From Octopus sinensis (taxonomy: Eukaryota), in the NCBI RefSeq assembly GCF_006345805.1, contig NC_043003.1:38874001-38938000 (forward strand): 64,000 bases of DNA, written 5' to 3'. A program made the position numbers and the translations under genes. Each line of letters starts with the position of its first letter. Within the stretch, counting starts at the first letter, position 1. This document shows positions 1 to 13,169 of this stretch, piece after piece. A model generated the notes under the pieces. The model did no database searches. It saw only the letters and a program-made list of their open reading frames with translations, and was not told the origin of the DNA.

Positions 1-240
1 ACTCTCCTATAACATTCCTTCCTGATCTTCTCTTTCATGCTTGCATGCTGAATACCAGAGCCTTCATTTATCCCTAAATATTTGTATGTTTGTTCTTGCT
101 CAAGCTCTCTTATGACTGTGTAAACATCTAACACGACTGAATTTGTGGTCTTCACTTTCCCTTTCTGGAAAGTGGCCTTGGCACACTTCTCAAGTCCAAA
201 CTCCATCCCGATGTCATCGCTGAATGCTTTCACGGTGCGC
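1..240 (-). mobile_element. R4/Dong-clade non-LTR retrotransposon, reverse-transcriptase C-terminal fragment (runs off window edge)
   Basis: Manual minus-strand translation is open for 80 codons: RTVKAFSDDIGMEFGLEKCAKATFQKGKVK...EQTYKYLGINEGSGIQHASMKEKIRKECYRRV. The FSDDIGMEFGLEKC and YKYLG motifs are typical of R4/Dong RT. It abuts (TTA)n at 249-323. Confidence 0.85.
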
Positions 241-247
241 AAAAAAA

Positions 248-324
<77 letters not shown>

Positions 325-325
<1 letters not shown>

Positions 326-540
326 GACTTCAGATAGACAGTACTCTACGCAATATGCGTATAGTTCCAAGTAATGCCGACTTTTGCAATACATCTAGAT
401 GGTAGGGTAATTCTAAGGGTAATTCCAGATTGGGTGGTATTAAACCCAATACTCCGATGACAATAGGGATAACCTTTATGTTCGACTCTCGTAGCTGTCA
501 CATCTTAGCGATCTCAATTCTCAGGGATCCATATTTATCA
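325..540 (-). mobile_element. R4/Dong LINE 3' end (restriction-like endonuclease C-terminus), 5'-truncated
   Basis: Minus strand reads DKYGSLRIEIAKM*...VIPIVIGVLG...LQKSALLGTIRILRRVLSI*, followed by a (TAA)n tail at 249-323. Confidence 0.8.
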
Positions 541-662
541 ACTACTACTACTACTACTACTATACTACTACTACTATACTACTACTACTACTACTACTAC
601 TATACTACTACTACTATACTTCTTTTTACCCCCATATTATTATTATCATCATCATCATCATT

Positions 663-1209
663 GATCGAGAGAGCAGTGCAGGCTATCAAAGTGACACTGG
701 GGTAAAATATACAAAGCCCAGTATACCCATCATGACTACCCGTCTGATAAAGGCACATGCATCACAGCCATATATATATGCAACATGGTGATCTCATATC
801 AAGAAAAACAGTGAATGACCTTGCAGGTGGGGCCCAGTTAGAATTTTCTTCTGGTCGAGTAACCCATCCCGCTCAAAAGGGTCCTTGAATAAGTGTTATT
901 TAAGGGTGTTGAACGAAACACCCATGTTTCCACAGGTGAATTATTCAAACCCCAAAGAATCCTTCTCAACATATGGCTATGATGCTCCCCCACTACTTCT
1001 GCTCGTGATCAGAGATGCACATATTGTCAGCCACTAAGGGACATACTCAACTGGTTAAGGTCAAACAACTGACAAGCAAATCTGGTATTGAGCAGAATAT
1101 TTGCTGTAGCCCATCTTTTACACCAAGACAAAACAATGTATATGATAACACTTCCAATCAGTTAAGATCAGATGTCATGAGAGCCACTGCCTGGTACTGC
1201 ATCAGAGCA
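663..1209 (-). mobile_element. Family A: ~545 bp non-coding interspersed element, copy 1
   Basis: Closely similar to 1328-1874, 51724-52256 and 62649-63203, and flanked by trinucleotide microsatellites. Strand is assigned as the TAA-tail strand. Confidence 0.8.
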
Positions 1210-1281
1210 TATTTATTATTATTATTATATTATTATTATCATTATTATTACTATTACTATTACTATTACTATTACTATTAC

Positions 1282-1327
<46 letters not shown>

Positions 1328-1874
1328 GAGTGAGAGAGCAGTTCATGCCATCAAAGTGACACTGGGGTAAAATATACGAAGCCCAATATACCCATCATGA
1401 CTACCCGTCTGATAAAGGTACACCAGGCACATGCATCACAACCATATGTGCGCGACATGGTGATCTCATATCAAGATAAACAACACATGACCTTGCAGGT
1501 GGGGCCCAGTTAGAATTTTCTTCAGGTTGAGTAGCCCATCCCGCTCAAACGGTCCCTGAATAAGGGTTGTTTAAGGATGTTGAAAGAACCACCCATGTTT
1601 CCAGAGGTGAACTATTCAAACCCCAAAGAATCCCTCTCAACACATGGCTATGATGCTCCCCCACTACTTCTGCTCGTGATCAGAGATGCACATATCGTCA
1701 GCCACTAAGGGACATGCTCAACTGGTTATGGTCAAACAACTGACAAGCAAATCTGTGGTATTGAGCAGAATATTTGCTGTAGCCCATCTTTTATACCAAG
1801 ACAAAACAATGTACATGATAACACTTCCAATCAGTTAAGATCAGAAGCCATGAGAGCCACTGCCTGGTACTGCA
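1328..1874 (-). mobile_element. Family A element, copy 2
   Basis: Runs gagtgagagagcag...cctggtactgca between two (TTA)n tracts. Confidence 0.8.
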
Positions 1875-1902
1875 TTATTATTATTACTATTACTATTATT
1901 AT

Positions 1903-2114
1903 TCAGTAGTTTTATTTTTATAGCGTGCTTTCACTTCACTACCGAGCGCAGCTCTGTGTGCCTTAGGTATGTGCTGTGATTTGTTGTGATGCTCTGATGG
2001 TTATTGTATGGAAAGTGTTCTGCGTAGGATGTGTGCAGTGCCTAGTAGTGCAATTTTCTGTATGTTATATGTGTTTGTAAGTCCTGATGTTTTTGTTATG
2101 TATTTGTCTGAATA

Positions 2115-2120
<6 letters not shown>
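1903..2120 (-). mobile_element. R4/Dong LINE 3' end plus 3' UTR
   Basis: Minus strand reads KKYSDKYITKTSGLTNTYNIQKIALLGTAHILRRTLSIQ*, then a UTR and TAA tail. TAA repeats lie on both sides. Confidence 0.8.
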
Positions 2121-2177
<57 letters not shown>

Positions 2178-2550
2178 CCTGTATTTGTTTTGATATTAAC
2201 AAAAATCGATCTTGTTTGTAAAAACTTTGGATCTGCGTTTGCAACCCCTAAGTAAATTTCGTTCCCGCGCTTATGCACATACAAACATTTAAGTTCACAT
2301 CCGAAATATGGCCTTCACTCAACAACACACATTAAACACTAATCCTGTCCTACGTGTTGCGTCCATTTCCATCCTTTTATCTCTTTTAATTCTTTGATGA
2401 CAATATATATGTTGCGTCCACTTGACATGCACATACCTCTCCAACTACTTAGTTCAATTAACAAACATTTTCCCATACCCTCTTCCTCCGATCTTACTAT
2501 TCCCTGGAATACCGGAATATCCACGTAGGCATCAAGCAACAGAAATTCAA

Positions 2551-2556
2551 CTGCTG

Positions 2557-2597
<41 letters not shown>

Positions 2598-2634
2598 GAT
2601 ACTACTACTGCTACTGCTGCTGCTGCTGCTGCTG

Positions 2635-2669
<35 letters not shown>

Positions 2670-2700
2670 GCTGCTGCTACTACTACTACTGCTGCTGCTG

Positions 2701-2738
<38 letters not shown>

Positions 2739-2798
2739 GATACTACTACTGCTACTACTGCTGCTGCTACTCTACTACTACTACTACTACTACTACTG

Positions 2799-2836
<38 letters not shown>

Positions 2837-2870
2837 GCTGCTGCTGCTGTTGCTACTGCCGCTGCTGCTG

Positions 2871-2935
<65 letters not shown>

Positions 2936-2936
2936 G
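2551..2936. repeat. Compound (CTA)n/(CTG)n trinucleotide microsatellite
   Basis: Read directly; it explains the poly-L/Y/C/V ORFs here. Confidence 0.95.
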
Positions 2937-3682
2937 TTTTTGCTGCTAGCGCCATCAACACGATATACATACGCCTACATAACGCCCCCCTCACACACGC
3001 GCGCATGCACGCACATGCATGAACGAAGGCCCTCATGTCACCTAAATTATGAGAGTGTAGTTGTAAATGACGTAAACGTCTCGAGGCATTTCTGTGGCAA
3101 CTTATCAGTTTAACCTTTTTTCTTTTTCCTTTTGCTTTTTCGGTGATCTCTCCCCCTCCCCTCCATCGTAGCTTGTTGCTGCCAGATGCCAGCTCTAGAT
3201 TGTTGGCGTCACTAGATCAGATGGAAAAACCTGCCAGAGATATGAAATAATGATAAAAAATACTACTAATAATAAAAAATAAGACAAATTCGCGCTGGAA
3301 GGTAACGAACGAGACAAAAAAAAAACGGCCTCACTCCGGAACTTATTGGATTTGAACGCTCCCGGCTAAAATTAATGTTTCATAAATCCTAGTAGCCGTC
3401 TAAGACATTGGCAACTTTGGCAAGATATTATTAACTGTGATTTTGTGATTTGAAGAAACATATTGAAGGCGTAGTTTTTGCACAATGCGATACATGTCAG
3501 GCAGAGTTTGTATGTTTCTTGATCTAGTACCTTTCTGCTATAACTCGCATGCGTTAATTTATGCCTAAAGCAGAAGCTAATAATGTGTAATTGTTGATAA
3601 AGCAATGTAGTGTGTATGTGTGTGTGTGTGTATGTGTGTGTGTTTGTAAATATATATACCATAAAAAATTATGTGCACACAT

Positions 3683-3719
<37 letters not shown>

Positions 3720-3720
<1 letters not shown>

Positions 3721-3932
3721 TTACTACCCACAAGGAGCAACACACAGAGGGGCCAAACAAGGACAGACAAACGGATTAAGTCGATTACATCGACCCCAGT
3801 GTGTAACTGGTACTTAATTACTTAATTCATCGACCCCGAAAGGATGAAAGGCAAAGTCGACCTTGGCAGAATTTGAACTCAGAACGTAACGGCAGACGAA
3901 ATACGGCTAGGCATTTCGCCCGGCGTGCTAAC

Positions 3933-3936
<4 letters not shown>
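3720..3936 (-). mobile_element. tRNA-derived SINE family B
   Basis: Reverse complement has a B-box (gagttcaaattc) and the central domain aggtcgactttgcctttcatcctttcggggtcgat. More than 20 related copies occur in the window. Confidence 0.85.
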
Positions 3937-3970
<34 letters not shown>

Positions 3971-3971
3971 T

Positions 3972-4031
<60 letters not shown>

Positions 4032-4166
4032 AACAGTTGTCTCGTGTTTTCAAAGGAAAAATAAAGATAATAGAAATATAAAATATGCAATTATCGAGTG
4101 CGTGTATTTGTGTGTGTATATACATATCATGTATATATCATGTATATATATCATGTATATATATAT

Positions 4167-4326
4167 AGGCGTTAGAGTGGCTGTGTGGTTAGTAGCTTGC
4201 TTACGAACCTCATGGTTCTGGGTTCAGTCCCACTACGAGGCACCTTGGGCAAGTGTCTTCTACTATAGCCTCAGGCCGACTAAAGACTTGTGAGTGGTAG
4301 ACGGAAACTGAAAGAAGCCCGTCGTA

Positions 4327-4399
<73 letters not shown>

Positions 4400-4612
4400 C
4401 TATATGTTTGTGTGTCTGTGTTTGTCCCCGCAACATCTCTTGACAACCGATGCTGGTGTGTTTACGTCCCCGTAACTTAACGGTTCGGCAAAAGAGAGCG
4501 ATAGAATAAGTACTAGGCTTACAAAGAATAAGTTCTGGGGTCGATTTGCTCGACTAAAGGCGGTGCTCCAGCATGGCCACAGTACAATGGCTGAAATAAA
4601 TAAAAGAGTAAA
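4167..4612 (+). mobile_element. tRNA-derived SINE family C (CORE-like body, internal TA/TG microsatellite)
   Basis: A-box-like gtggctgtgtggt, B-box-like gggttcagtccc, CORE-like caccttgggcaagtgtctt and an (aaagagta)-type tail. Confidence 0.85.
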
Positions 4613-4843
4613 ATATGTATATCTACATATACATATATATATGTGCATATATTATATTTCATATCTTTATTGTATGTATGTACATATATATGAATGGTAG
4701 CGCGCGCGCGTGCCGTTGTATACTACGTGTCCTCCGGCCTACTTCTGTTGCCTGTCGGATTTCACGATGTTCTCGGGATTTCGAGTCCAATCTTTCACTA
4801 AAATCACGGGTAGTTTGCTTCCAATTCGTTTCCACGCCTTGTG

Positions 4844-4917
<74 letters not shown>

Positions 4918-5159
4918 CGATGATGATAATAATAATAATAATAATTCTTCATCCCAGAAATTCATACAAGAATTTTCTCGAGTTCTTCTCACAGATAGTT
5001 GGGTTTGATTCTTGTATGATATAAACATTGTTTTGTCTACTTTTTTGGTGAGAATGTGCGGATGTTCATCAAATTTCAGAAAATGTTTATTTCCATGAAG
5101 TTTAGTCATATATTTAGTTTAAGATCCGTGCTTTTAATTCTACACTGGTTATGTTTTAT

Positions 5160-6155
5160 CTTTTACTTGAATCAGTCACTGGAGTGCGGCCATGAGGGGG
5201 CGGCGCTTTGAAGGGTTTTATTCGAACGAATCGATCCCAGAACTTATTTTTTTTAAAGCCTGGTATTCATCAGGTCGGATCCTTTTGCCGAACCGCTAAG
5301 TTACGGGGACGTAAACAAAACATCACCGGTTGTCAAATGGTGGTGGAAAGAACACACACACACACACACACACACGTATCTACAATTGCCTTCTTTTAGT
5401 TTCCGTCAACCAAATCCACTGACAAGGTTCTGGTCGGCCCCGGGCTATAATAAAAGGCATTTGTCTTGGGTGCCATGCAGTGGGACTGAACTCGGAGCCA
5501 TGACATTTGGAGGCAAACCGCTTGCCACGTTTGCGCCTAGTTAAGTAAATTTAAATCTGATATATGCAATTATATATTTTTTCTGTGGATCTTTAAAACA
5601 ACTAATCCTGCCATTTTACTTAAGATAATCTCTAGTTAGTACCTGTCATCTATACTTATTCTATAGAACCTTACCATGCTACAGCAGTCAAGTAAGATTA
5701 GGTAAGTTATGGGTACAGTAGCTTTTTTCTTTCTCAGAAACTATGCAATCATTATTTTTCTATCTTTTACTTACCTCAGTTATTGGAGTGCGGTCATAGA
5801 ATTTTTAGTCGAATGAATTGACCCTAGTACGTTTTTTTTTTATAGCCTGGTACTTATTTTACCGGTCACTTTGCCGAACCGCTAAGTTACAGGGACATAG
5901 GCACAATACCACCTGTTGTCAAGCGGTAGTGAGGACAACCACAAACACGAACACGCACGCACACAAGCACACTCATACACACACACACATATATGCGACG
6001 GGCTTCTTTTAGTTTCCGTCGACCAGATCCACTCACAAGGCTTTGATCGGCTCGAGGCTATAGTATAAGGCACTTGCCCAAGGTGCCACGCAGTGGGACT
6101 GAATCTGGAAACATGTGGTTGGAAAGCAAACTTCTTATCACGCAGCCACGCCTGC
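5160..6155 (-). mobile_element. Two SINE family C copies (about 5160-5540 and 5760-6155)
   Basis: Reverse-complement matches to 4167-4612. Confidence 0.8.
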
Positions 6156-6354
6156 GCTTTTGTGTTTCTATAAATATTAAATCTCCAATTAACCATATTT
6201 TACTTGTGTGTTCGTTAATGCTAAGTAATACACCCAACTTCGTGCCAATGTATTCTTTTGAGAATTGTATATAAATATTTACCACTGCTATTTTCCGTTA
6301 ACAATATTGTGATTTTTAAAAATAGTTTCATTGGTCTAAAAGGAATATATTTTA

Positions 6355-6500
6355 CTAGCAGAGATACCCGGCGTTGCCCGGTTACATTCAATTGAAGAAT
6401 TAGACTTTTCTGTTATATTTTCTGTAATGAACTGGAATATCTATGTTTCGAATTTCATCAAAATTGTAGATGAGGGTTATTTCCCTTTTTAGACACCCTA
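6355..6500 (-). mobile_element. Helitron-like 3' terminus (5' end not located)
   Basis: Minus strand reads ccgggcaacgccggg hairpin, then tatctctg, CTAG, T. Same architecture as the ends at 14494 and 22008. Confidence 0.55.
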
Positions 6501-7299
6501 AAAAAATTGTAATCGTGCCACATGTATCCCATACTACTGATTTTTATGCGCATATTCGAAAATTCCAGTCTTATTGAACCTGTTAAAAAGATTTTGCTCC
6601 TGAAAAATGAAGGCCATGGAGCTCTAAAATGTGAGAGTTAAGGCCCCTGTTTGGGGTGGGCGTCTTAATGTCAACCAGAGAAGTTGAATTGTTGAAAATC
6701 TTTTTAACTTAGGTCTTATATCCATTGTTTGAATTTCTTTGAAATAGGAAATATATGTTCACTGGGTTTGTAAAAGAGAGTAAAGCTACAGAAAACCAAA
6801 AAACGAATGATTACAATAAGCAGTCAATTACCCTACCCTAGTCGTTACCACTCCCAATGTAGGATTCCTCACAATCCAGGTGACAGGCACAGCCGTAAGA
6901 TGCATTACGAATCTATAGCAATTGGAAGGGCGTGACCCAACTGAAATAAACATTAACAACTGTGTAACGTGAGGGCTAAGGAGAAATGAAAGTTGGAGTG
7001 TGGGGGGTAACATTAATTGCTGGCAAGATGCCGAAAAGTGTAACTTCGTCTGGCGAAGAGTCGTCAACCAACAGGGAGGCAAAAAAGATCGGAAGTTTAA
7101 TATTTAGCGATATTTAGGATTCTTCTGAAAATGAATTTCCCCAATATGTACTTTTGAAAAGAGGAATATTGACGTGAAAAGCCTTCAAACAGAAGAAATT
7201 AAACAAAAAAGAATTTTTGCGTCAGCGGCTGGAGGTGGAATCCGCCAGCTGTCGACAAACAAAAATGACCTGATAAAGTACAAAGATATGATAACAATT

Positions 7300-7815
7300 C
7301 CCGGAAGAACTATCGATGTTCGAAAAAAGAAAAACAATTAACTTTAAATCTTACTGTCTAAAAGGAAAAAAATAATTGATCAGGTGAGCGAAGAGAGAAG
7401 TGCTTGAAACCTATCTGGCAGGATATCACATATCTAGCCAGAGGGAAGAAGTTTGGTACTATCGAAGTACGACTAAAAGATATAGAAACTGCACAATGCA
7501 CTCAGTTAAATCTTTACAAACGGAGGACGTTGTTTTAATTCCAATATACATGGAAATGAGGACGTCAAAGATACGTATACCAATGGCCACACCTCAAGTC
7601 AACCCTATGTGATTGATAGCGGCAGTCCTGGCGAAAAAGAAGATAATATAACACTCCTTCAGGCTACCATCACAGAAAAGGCTTATTGAACCGGTCAAAC
7701 GGTTCACCTCCTAATACAAGCAGAACAGTCAATTTTAGAACAGTTACAGGAGAAAATAGAAATTGGGGAGGAATTCCTTAACGTATACGTCGAGGGGCGT
7801 AAGCCCCGATGTTTC
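7300..7815 (+). pseudogene. Degenerate LINE (L1/Tx1-like) ORF1 fragment
   Basis: Frameshifted translation gives YLARGKKFGTIEVRLKD...LIPIYM...EEFLNVYVEGRKPRCF. The VEGRxPxC motif precedes the gag-like zinc knuckle in such ORF1s. Confidence 0.5.
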
Positions 7816-8206
7816 CAACCCAACCCGTTTGTGATAGTGACACCAATGCTATAGCGTCGACTGTGGACTGGTAGCTGTGTACAGTCGACCCAATGTCGCC
7901 CAGAGCGAGCTGTACATATATGTAGGCATACATGTGTATGTAAGTATGTGTGTGTGTATGTGAGTCTATATGCGTGTGTATGTATGTATAGTTTGAAAGT
8001 AGTCGTCAGGAAGAGAGAAGATTAGAAACTATGAATAGAATTCGGCACAATTGGATGGAATAAATTAATAATGACGGTAAAAAGGTGAGAGCAACAGGTG
8101 TGGCATTAGTTCCATTACTTTCAAAGACTTTGGAACTGTTTGAAAAATCTTTGAAAGCAGTAAAACGAGCCTACATTAACTTCAGTCGTCACTTCTTTGC
8201 CAACAC

Positions 8207-8253
<47 letters not shown>

Positions 8254-8320
8254 GATTGTAAAGTAACTCCCTATTTTAAAATACTCGTAAGATTCTTTAT
8301 GTGAGTTGGTGTGTTGAAAC

Positions 8321-8628
8321 ATACTTTGCTTTGTCTGTGGAGAGTCATTCTCTTGTGCCTTATTATTTAACACACGCACCGGTTCAGTTTCCCCTCATTT
8401 ACTTCTTTATTTTTGCTAAAATTTTCGTTGTGTCTTGCAACCTTTTCAATAGTCATTAACTCTGTCCGTTCTCGGATAACGGACAGTCAGTAACTATTGA
8501 AACGATTGCGAGACGCAACGAAAACTTTAGAAAGAATAAATAAGTAAGTGAGAGGAAACTTAACCAGTGAGTGTGTTCAATAATAAGGCACAACAAGAGA
8601 ATGACCCTCCCCAGACACAACAAAATAT
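8321..8628. mobile_element. Palindromic MITE/foldback, ~150 bp imperfect arms
   Basis: 8321-8470 is the diverged reverse complement of 8478-8628, centred on ctgtccgtt-ctcggat-aacggacag. Confidence 0.8.
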
Positions 8629-8929
8629 AAACTGTTTATTAATTGTAATTTTTTTCTCAATTTTTTTTTAAGTACAAGTAAAAGATACTAAAAGCTTTCC
8701 TCTCATATGAATTTTTTTAATAAAAAACTATAATTAATAAATAAATAGCGGAACCGTGAATATTTCACGGAATTAATGGTAAACCTATCGAGTTATTTCT
8801 GAAAACTTTATCCAAGAAACCGGAAAGCGTAGCCTGTGTTGTGTCTGTATGGAAAGACAGTCTCTCGTCTGCTAATCATTGAAAAGTGAAAGAAATTAGA
8901 ACACGATGATTACTTAATGCACTTTGTAT

Positions 8930-9135
8930 ACTCTTTACTCTTTTACTTGTTTCAGTCATTTGACTGCGGCCATACTGGAGCACCGCCTTTAGTCGACCAA
9001 ATCGACCCCGGGACTTACTCTTTGTAAGCCCAGTACTTATTCTATCGGTCTCTTTTGCCGAACCGCTAAGTGACGGGGACGTAAACACACCAGCATCGGT
9101 TGTCAAGCAATGCTAGGGGGACAAACACAGACACA

Positions 9136-9187
<52 letters not shown>

Positions 9188-9352
9188 CATATATACGACA
9201 AGCTTCTTTCAGTTTCCGTCTACCAAATCCACTCACAAGGCATTGGTCGGCCTGGGTCTATAGCAGAAGGCACTTGCCCAAGATGCCACGCAGTGGGACT
9301 GAACCCGGAACCATGTGGTTGGTTAGCAAGCTACTTACCACACAGCCACGCC
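8930..9352 (-). mobile_element. SINE family C, full length
   Basis: Reverse-complement match to the family consensus. Confidence 0.85.
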
Positions 9353-9663
9353 TGTATATACACTTTATTATATACATTATGCTCAATTTTATAGACTTAA
9401 TACACAGTGCTCATAAAATAAACTTTCACTCATTTTTTTCCATTTTTCCATAAAAAAAAAAGGTATCCCGTACGTATGATACAACCTTTTCTTAAACTGC
9501 ATATATCTGTCACTTAATTAAGCGTGAATATTTCCCGGAATTGCACCTATGTACATTTGTTAAGTGATAGGTGATATAAAAAAAAATTAGTTCAATTTAA
9601 AAAAAAAACATTTTCACTACCCAATCATCGCCACCACCACCACCACCACCACCACCACCCCAC

Positions 9664-9700
<37 letters not shown>

Positions 9701-10091
9701 GTCATCATCACTCTCTCGCTCTCTCCGCCTCCTATCTCTCTCTCTCTCCCTCCTCTTTATCGCTCTCTTTCTCGGACTGACCAAAGCATGTGCGTGTGTG
9801 TGTGTGTGTGGTGTGTGTGTATGTGTGTGTGCGTGTGTGCGCGTTTAATCTTTCATTTGTTTCAATCTTTGGACTGCAGCCCACGATGGGGCACCGCCCT
9901 GAAGGGTTAAGTAAAACAAATCGACCCCTGGGTCTACTTTTAAGTCTTGTACTTACTCTATCAGTGATTTTTATTTAATAGGGACATAAATATACTGGTT
10001 GTCAAGCAGTGGGGGTGGAGAGCAAACTCAAACATAGACAAACACACATACACACACACAAACACTCAAACACAAACACACACACGAACAC

Positions 10092-10124
<33 letters not shown>

Positions 10125-10155
10125 AACACACACACAAACACTCAAACACACACAA

Positions 10156-10188
<33 letters not shown>

Positions 10189-10190
10189 CC

Positions 10191-11285
10191 TTGTGTTTGT
10201 ATATGTACATTCGTTTGCCTTGTTCAGGGGCTTAATGCCTTCAGCTTAAGCCCTTTGGCCCAACTGGTTTCGAGTAGTATCGGAGAGGATTACGCGGAAC
10301 TACGTGGACATTTCAGACTCCAACTGATGAAGCAATTGGCTGCGAATGATCCGTGTTTCTTGTTTTGTCCTTTTCACCGTTTGTCCTTTTCGGGCCGGGA
10401 CCTATGGACAACTTCCAGAGATCCCTGGCCTGGCAGTGCTACCGAGAAGCGCTACCCGTTCGGGATAAGCTCTATAGGCATGGTTCGAGAAACACGGGGC
10501 CGACCTGCCTGAGATGCGGTCAGAGCGACGAAACCGTTCTGCACGCAATCGTGCAGTGTCCAATAATCTCCGACCTGTGGACTTATGTCGAACGACTGCT
10601 GTCACGTGTGGGACGTGTCGGTTTATCAGCCGAGTCTATCGTTAATATCGCCACGCCCCCTTCCTTCAAACGGGAAGGAAGAGCTATTTTTATCATACTT
10701 GTAGCTATGGCGAAAGAATGTATCTGGTGAACGCGCCGGAAAGGATTAGAGACAAACACTTTCCTCTCTGGCCAATCTCGCATCAACTTCTTCAAGTATC
10801 ACTTGAAAAGGAAAGTGAGAGTAGAGAGGCAAGTTTTGTCTAGTGAATGTTTTAAAAAAAGATGGGTGAATGTAGCAAGGATGGTACGTATGAATGACGA
10901 AGCCACTTTGAGTATGATCCTATGAACGGTAAAAATTTAATACAGAGAGTTACTTCTTGGTAAAAAAAAATGTAACATGTGACTTCATTGACCGAGGTTA
11001 CCGTGGTCTTTTCCGTAGGCTTTTATTTCCACGGGTAAACCTCGCCTGTCTTCCCCTTTACACTTTATATTGACATTTCTGTGGTAACGATCCCTATTGA
11101 TCGATTTTTTCTTTTTCCTTTATTTTATCCCCCCCACCTTTTTTTTTGCTTTTGCTTTCCTCTTTCTTTCCTTTTACGATCCCTTTTGATCGAAAACCAA
11201 CCTTCCTTTTTTTTATCCCCAAAAGAAAAGCTCTACCTTGTAATTTGTCCCGTCTGTGTGCAGCCCTGTGTGGCTAATAAAGAAA
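10191..11285 (+). mobile_element. L1/Tx1-like LINE 3' end: ORF2 C-terminus with CCHC zinc finger, 3' UTR and polyA-signal tail
   Basis: ORF 10353-10730 contains CLRCGQSDETVLHAIVQCP (zf-RVT-like). After one stop the frame continues to ...KRWVNVARMVRMNDEATLSMIL* at 10925. The element ends aataaagaaa followed by (CTAT)n. Confidence 0.8.
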
Positions 11286-11295
11286 CATATCTATG

Positions 11296-11375
<80 letters not shown>

Positions 11376-11896
11376 CGCCCCCCTCTCTCTCTCTGCAGTT
11401 AGAATATATGTACACAGCTATATGTTTACAAATATCATGATTTATGTAAATACCCGATATTGATTTGTGAAACCAGCAAGTGAAAATCGATTTTGCATTA
11501 TTTAATAATTATATGTAAATAGTAACAACATAAGTTACATGTGTGTGCCTGTATCTCTCCCGTCTCCCCCGTCTCTCTCTCTATGTATATTCCTTTTTTG
11601 GTCTAAGTCGTTAGCCTACAAAATTAGAAGCTTTATCCAGACCCAGCCAGAAAGTAAATATTTATATTTTGCTTGCTTGAATCAATGAGAAATGGTAAAA
11701 TGCGCATATAAAAAGCCCCGGTAATGCAAATATATCTATAAATAATGCTTCCCCGTGTATCGGTTAAGCTACCAGCTTCGTTGTTTGTCCAGTTGAAACT
11801 TCTAATTTCGATAACATTTGTTAGGTCGGCATAATGTAGTGGTTATTGCAGTCGTCCGATACACGATAGATATGTTGAGATAGCGGCTGGCGTTAC

Positions 11897-12162
11897 AGTC
11901 CATGCAAGAAACTCCCTGACTTGGGAAACGAGACTTTACAACATCCTCCATATTCTCCTGATCTTTCACCCACTGACTACCATTTTTTAAAGCATTTAAA
12001 CACGTTGTTAAGTGATGAAATTTTCAGGTCCAAACCAGAGGTGGAATCAGCTTTCAAAGAATTCTTAGCATCAAAGCCAATAAGTTTTTATCAACAGGCA
12101 TAAATAATCTCGTTGATCGATGGCAGAGATGCATAGATGTTCAAGGCTCATACTTTGACTAA
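11897..12162 (+). pseudogene. Mariner transposase C-terminal fragment
   Basis: LGNETLQHPPYSPDLSPTDYHFLKHL...RWQRCIDVQGSYFD*, containing the YSPDL motif. Confidence 0.85.
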
Positions 12163-12177
12163 TCAAAACATTTATAT

Positions 12178-12450
12178 TCTTTTACTCTTTTACTTGTTTC
12201 AGTCATTTGACTGTGGCCATGCTGGAACACCGCCTTTACTCGAGCAAATCGACCCCAGGACTTATTCTTTGGATGCCTAGTACTTATTCTATCGGTCTCT
12301 TTTGCCGAACCGCTAAGTTACGGGGACGTAAACATACCACGATCGGTTGTCAAGCGATGTTGGGGGAGGGACAAACACACACAACACACACACACATACA
12401 CACACACACACATTATATATATATATATATACGACAGGCTTCTTTCAGTT
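12178..12450 (-). mobile_element. SINE family C, 3' half
   Basis: Sequence match to the family. Confidence 0.8.
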
Positions 12451-12464
12451 TCTGTATATATTTG

Positions 12465-12529
<65 letters not shown>

Positions 12530-12558
12530 ATGTATAGTAGAATATGTATGTATAGTAG

Positions 12559-12605
<47 letters not shown>

Positions 12606-12708
12606 TATATATATATAGTAGAAATATGTTACGAAAAGAAAATATAAAATACACGTGGAAATGTAAGGGTAAAATATGCAAAATCAACGAAAATGCATAT
12701 TGCAAATA

Positions 12709-12813
12709 GAAAAAGGCTATTTATGACAGGTAGTGACAAATATATACATTTAGATTGACTCAGTCAATCTAAATGTATATATTTGTCACTACCTGTCATA
12801 AATAGCCTTTTTC
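12709..12813. repeat. Perfect inverted repeat: 52 bp arms, 1 nt spacer
   Basis: 12709-12760 is the exact reverse complement of 12762-12813, with centre C at 12761. Confidence 0.95.
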
Positions 12814-12814
12814 G

Positions 12815-12888
<74 letters not shown>

Positions 12889-13169
12889 TAGTAGAATAAT
12901 AAAAAAGAAGTTCTTGGTACAGTATTAAATATATTTGAAAAAATGAGTAGAAATGGTGTTTTTTTTTGGGGTGGGAGGGAATAATTTATATTTTAATCTT
13001 AATGATAATGTTTACAGTGAGTTACTCTGATATGAGTTTCGAGCTTCAAGTAGCCGTTTTCAAACTGAAAAATCTATGTTTTACTGGTTGCTTAAATAGT
13101 AAAAAAAAATTTCTTACAAGTATACATGCAAGAAGTATATAGACAAAAAAGGGAGAAAAATATTACAAC

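Noticed and set aside
2176-2545. Possible minus-strand exon ending ACAG|GTATAA
   Set aside because: No recognisable protein, no partner exon, and such donor-like motifs are common by chance.
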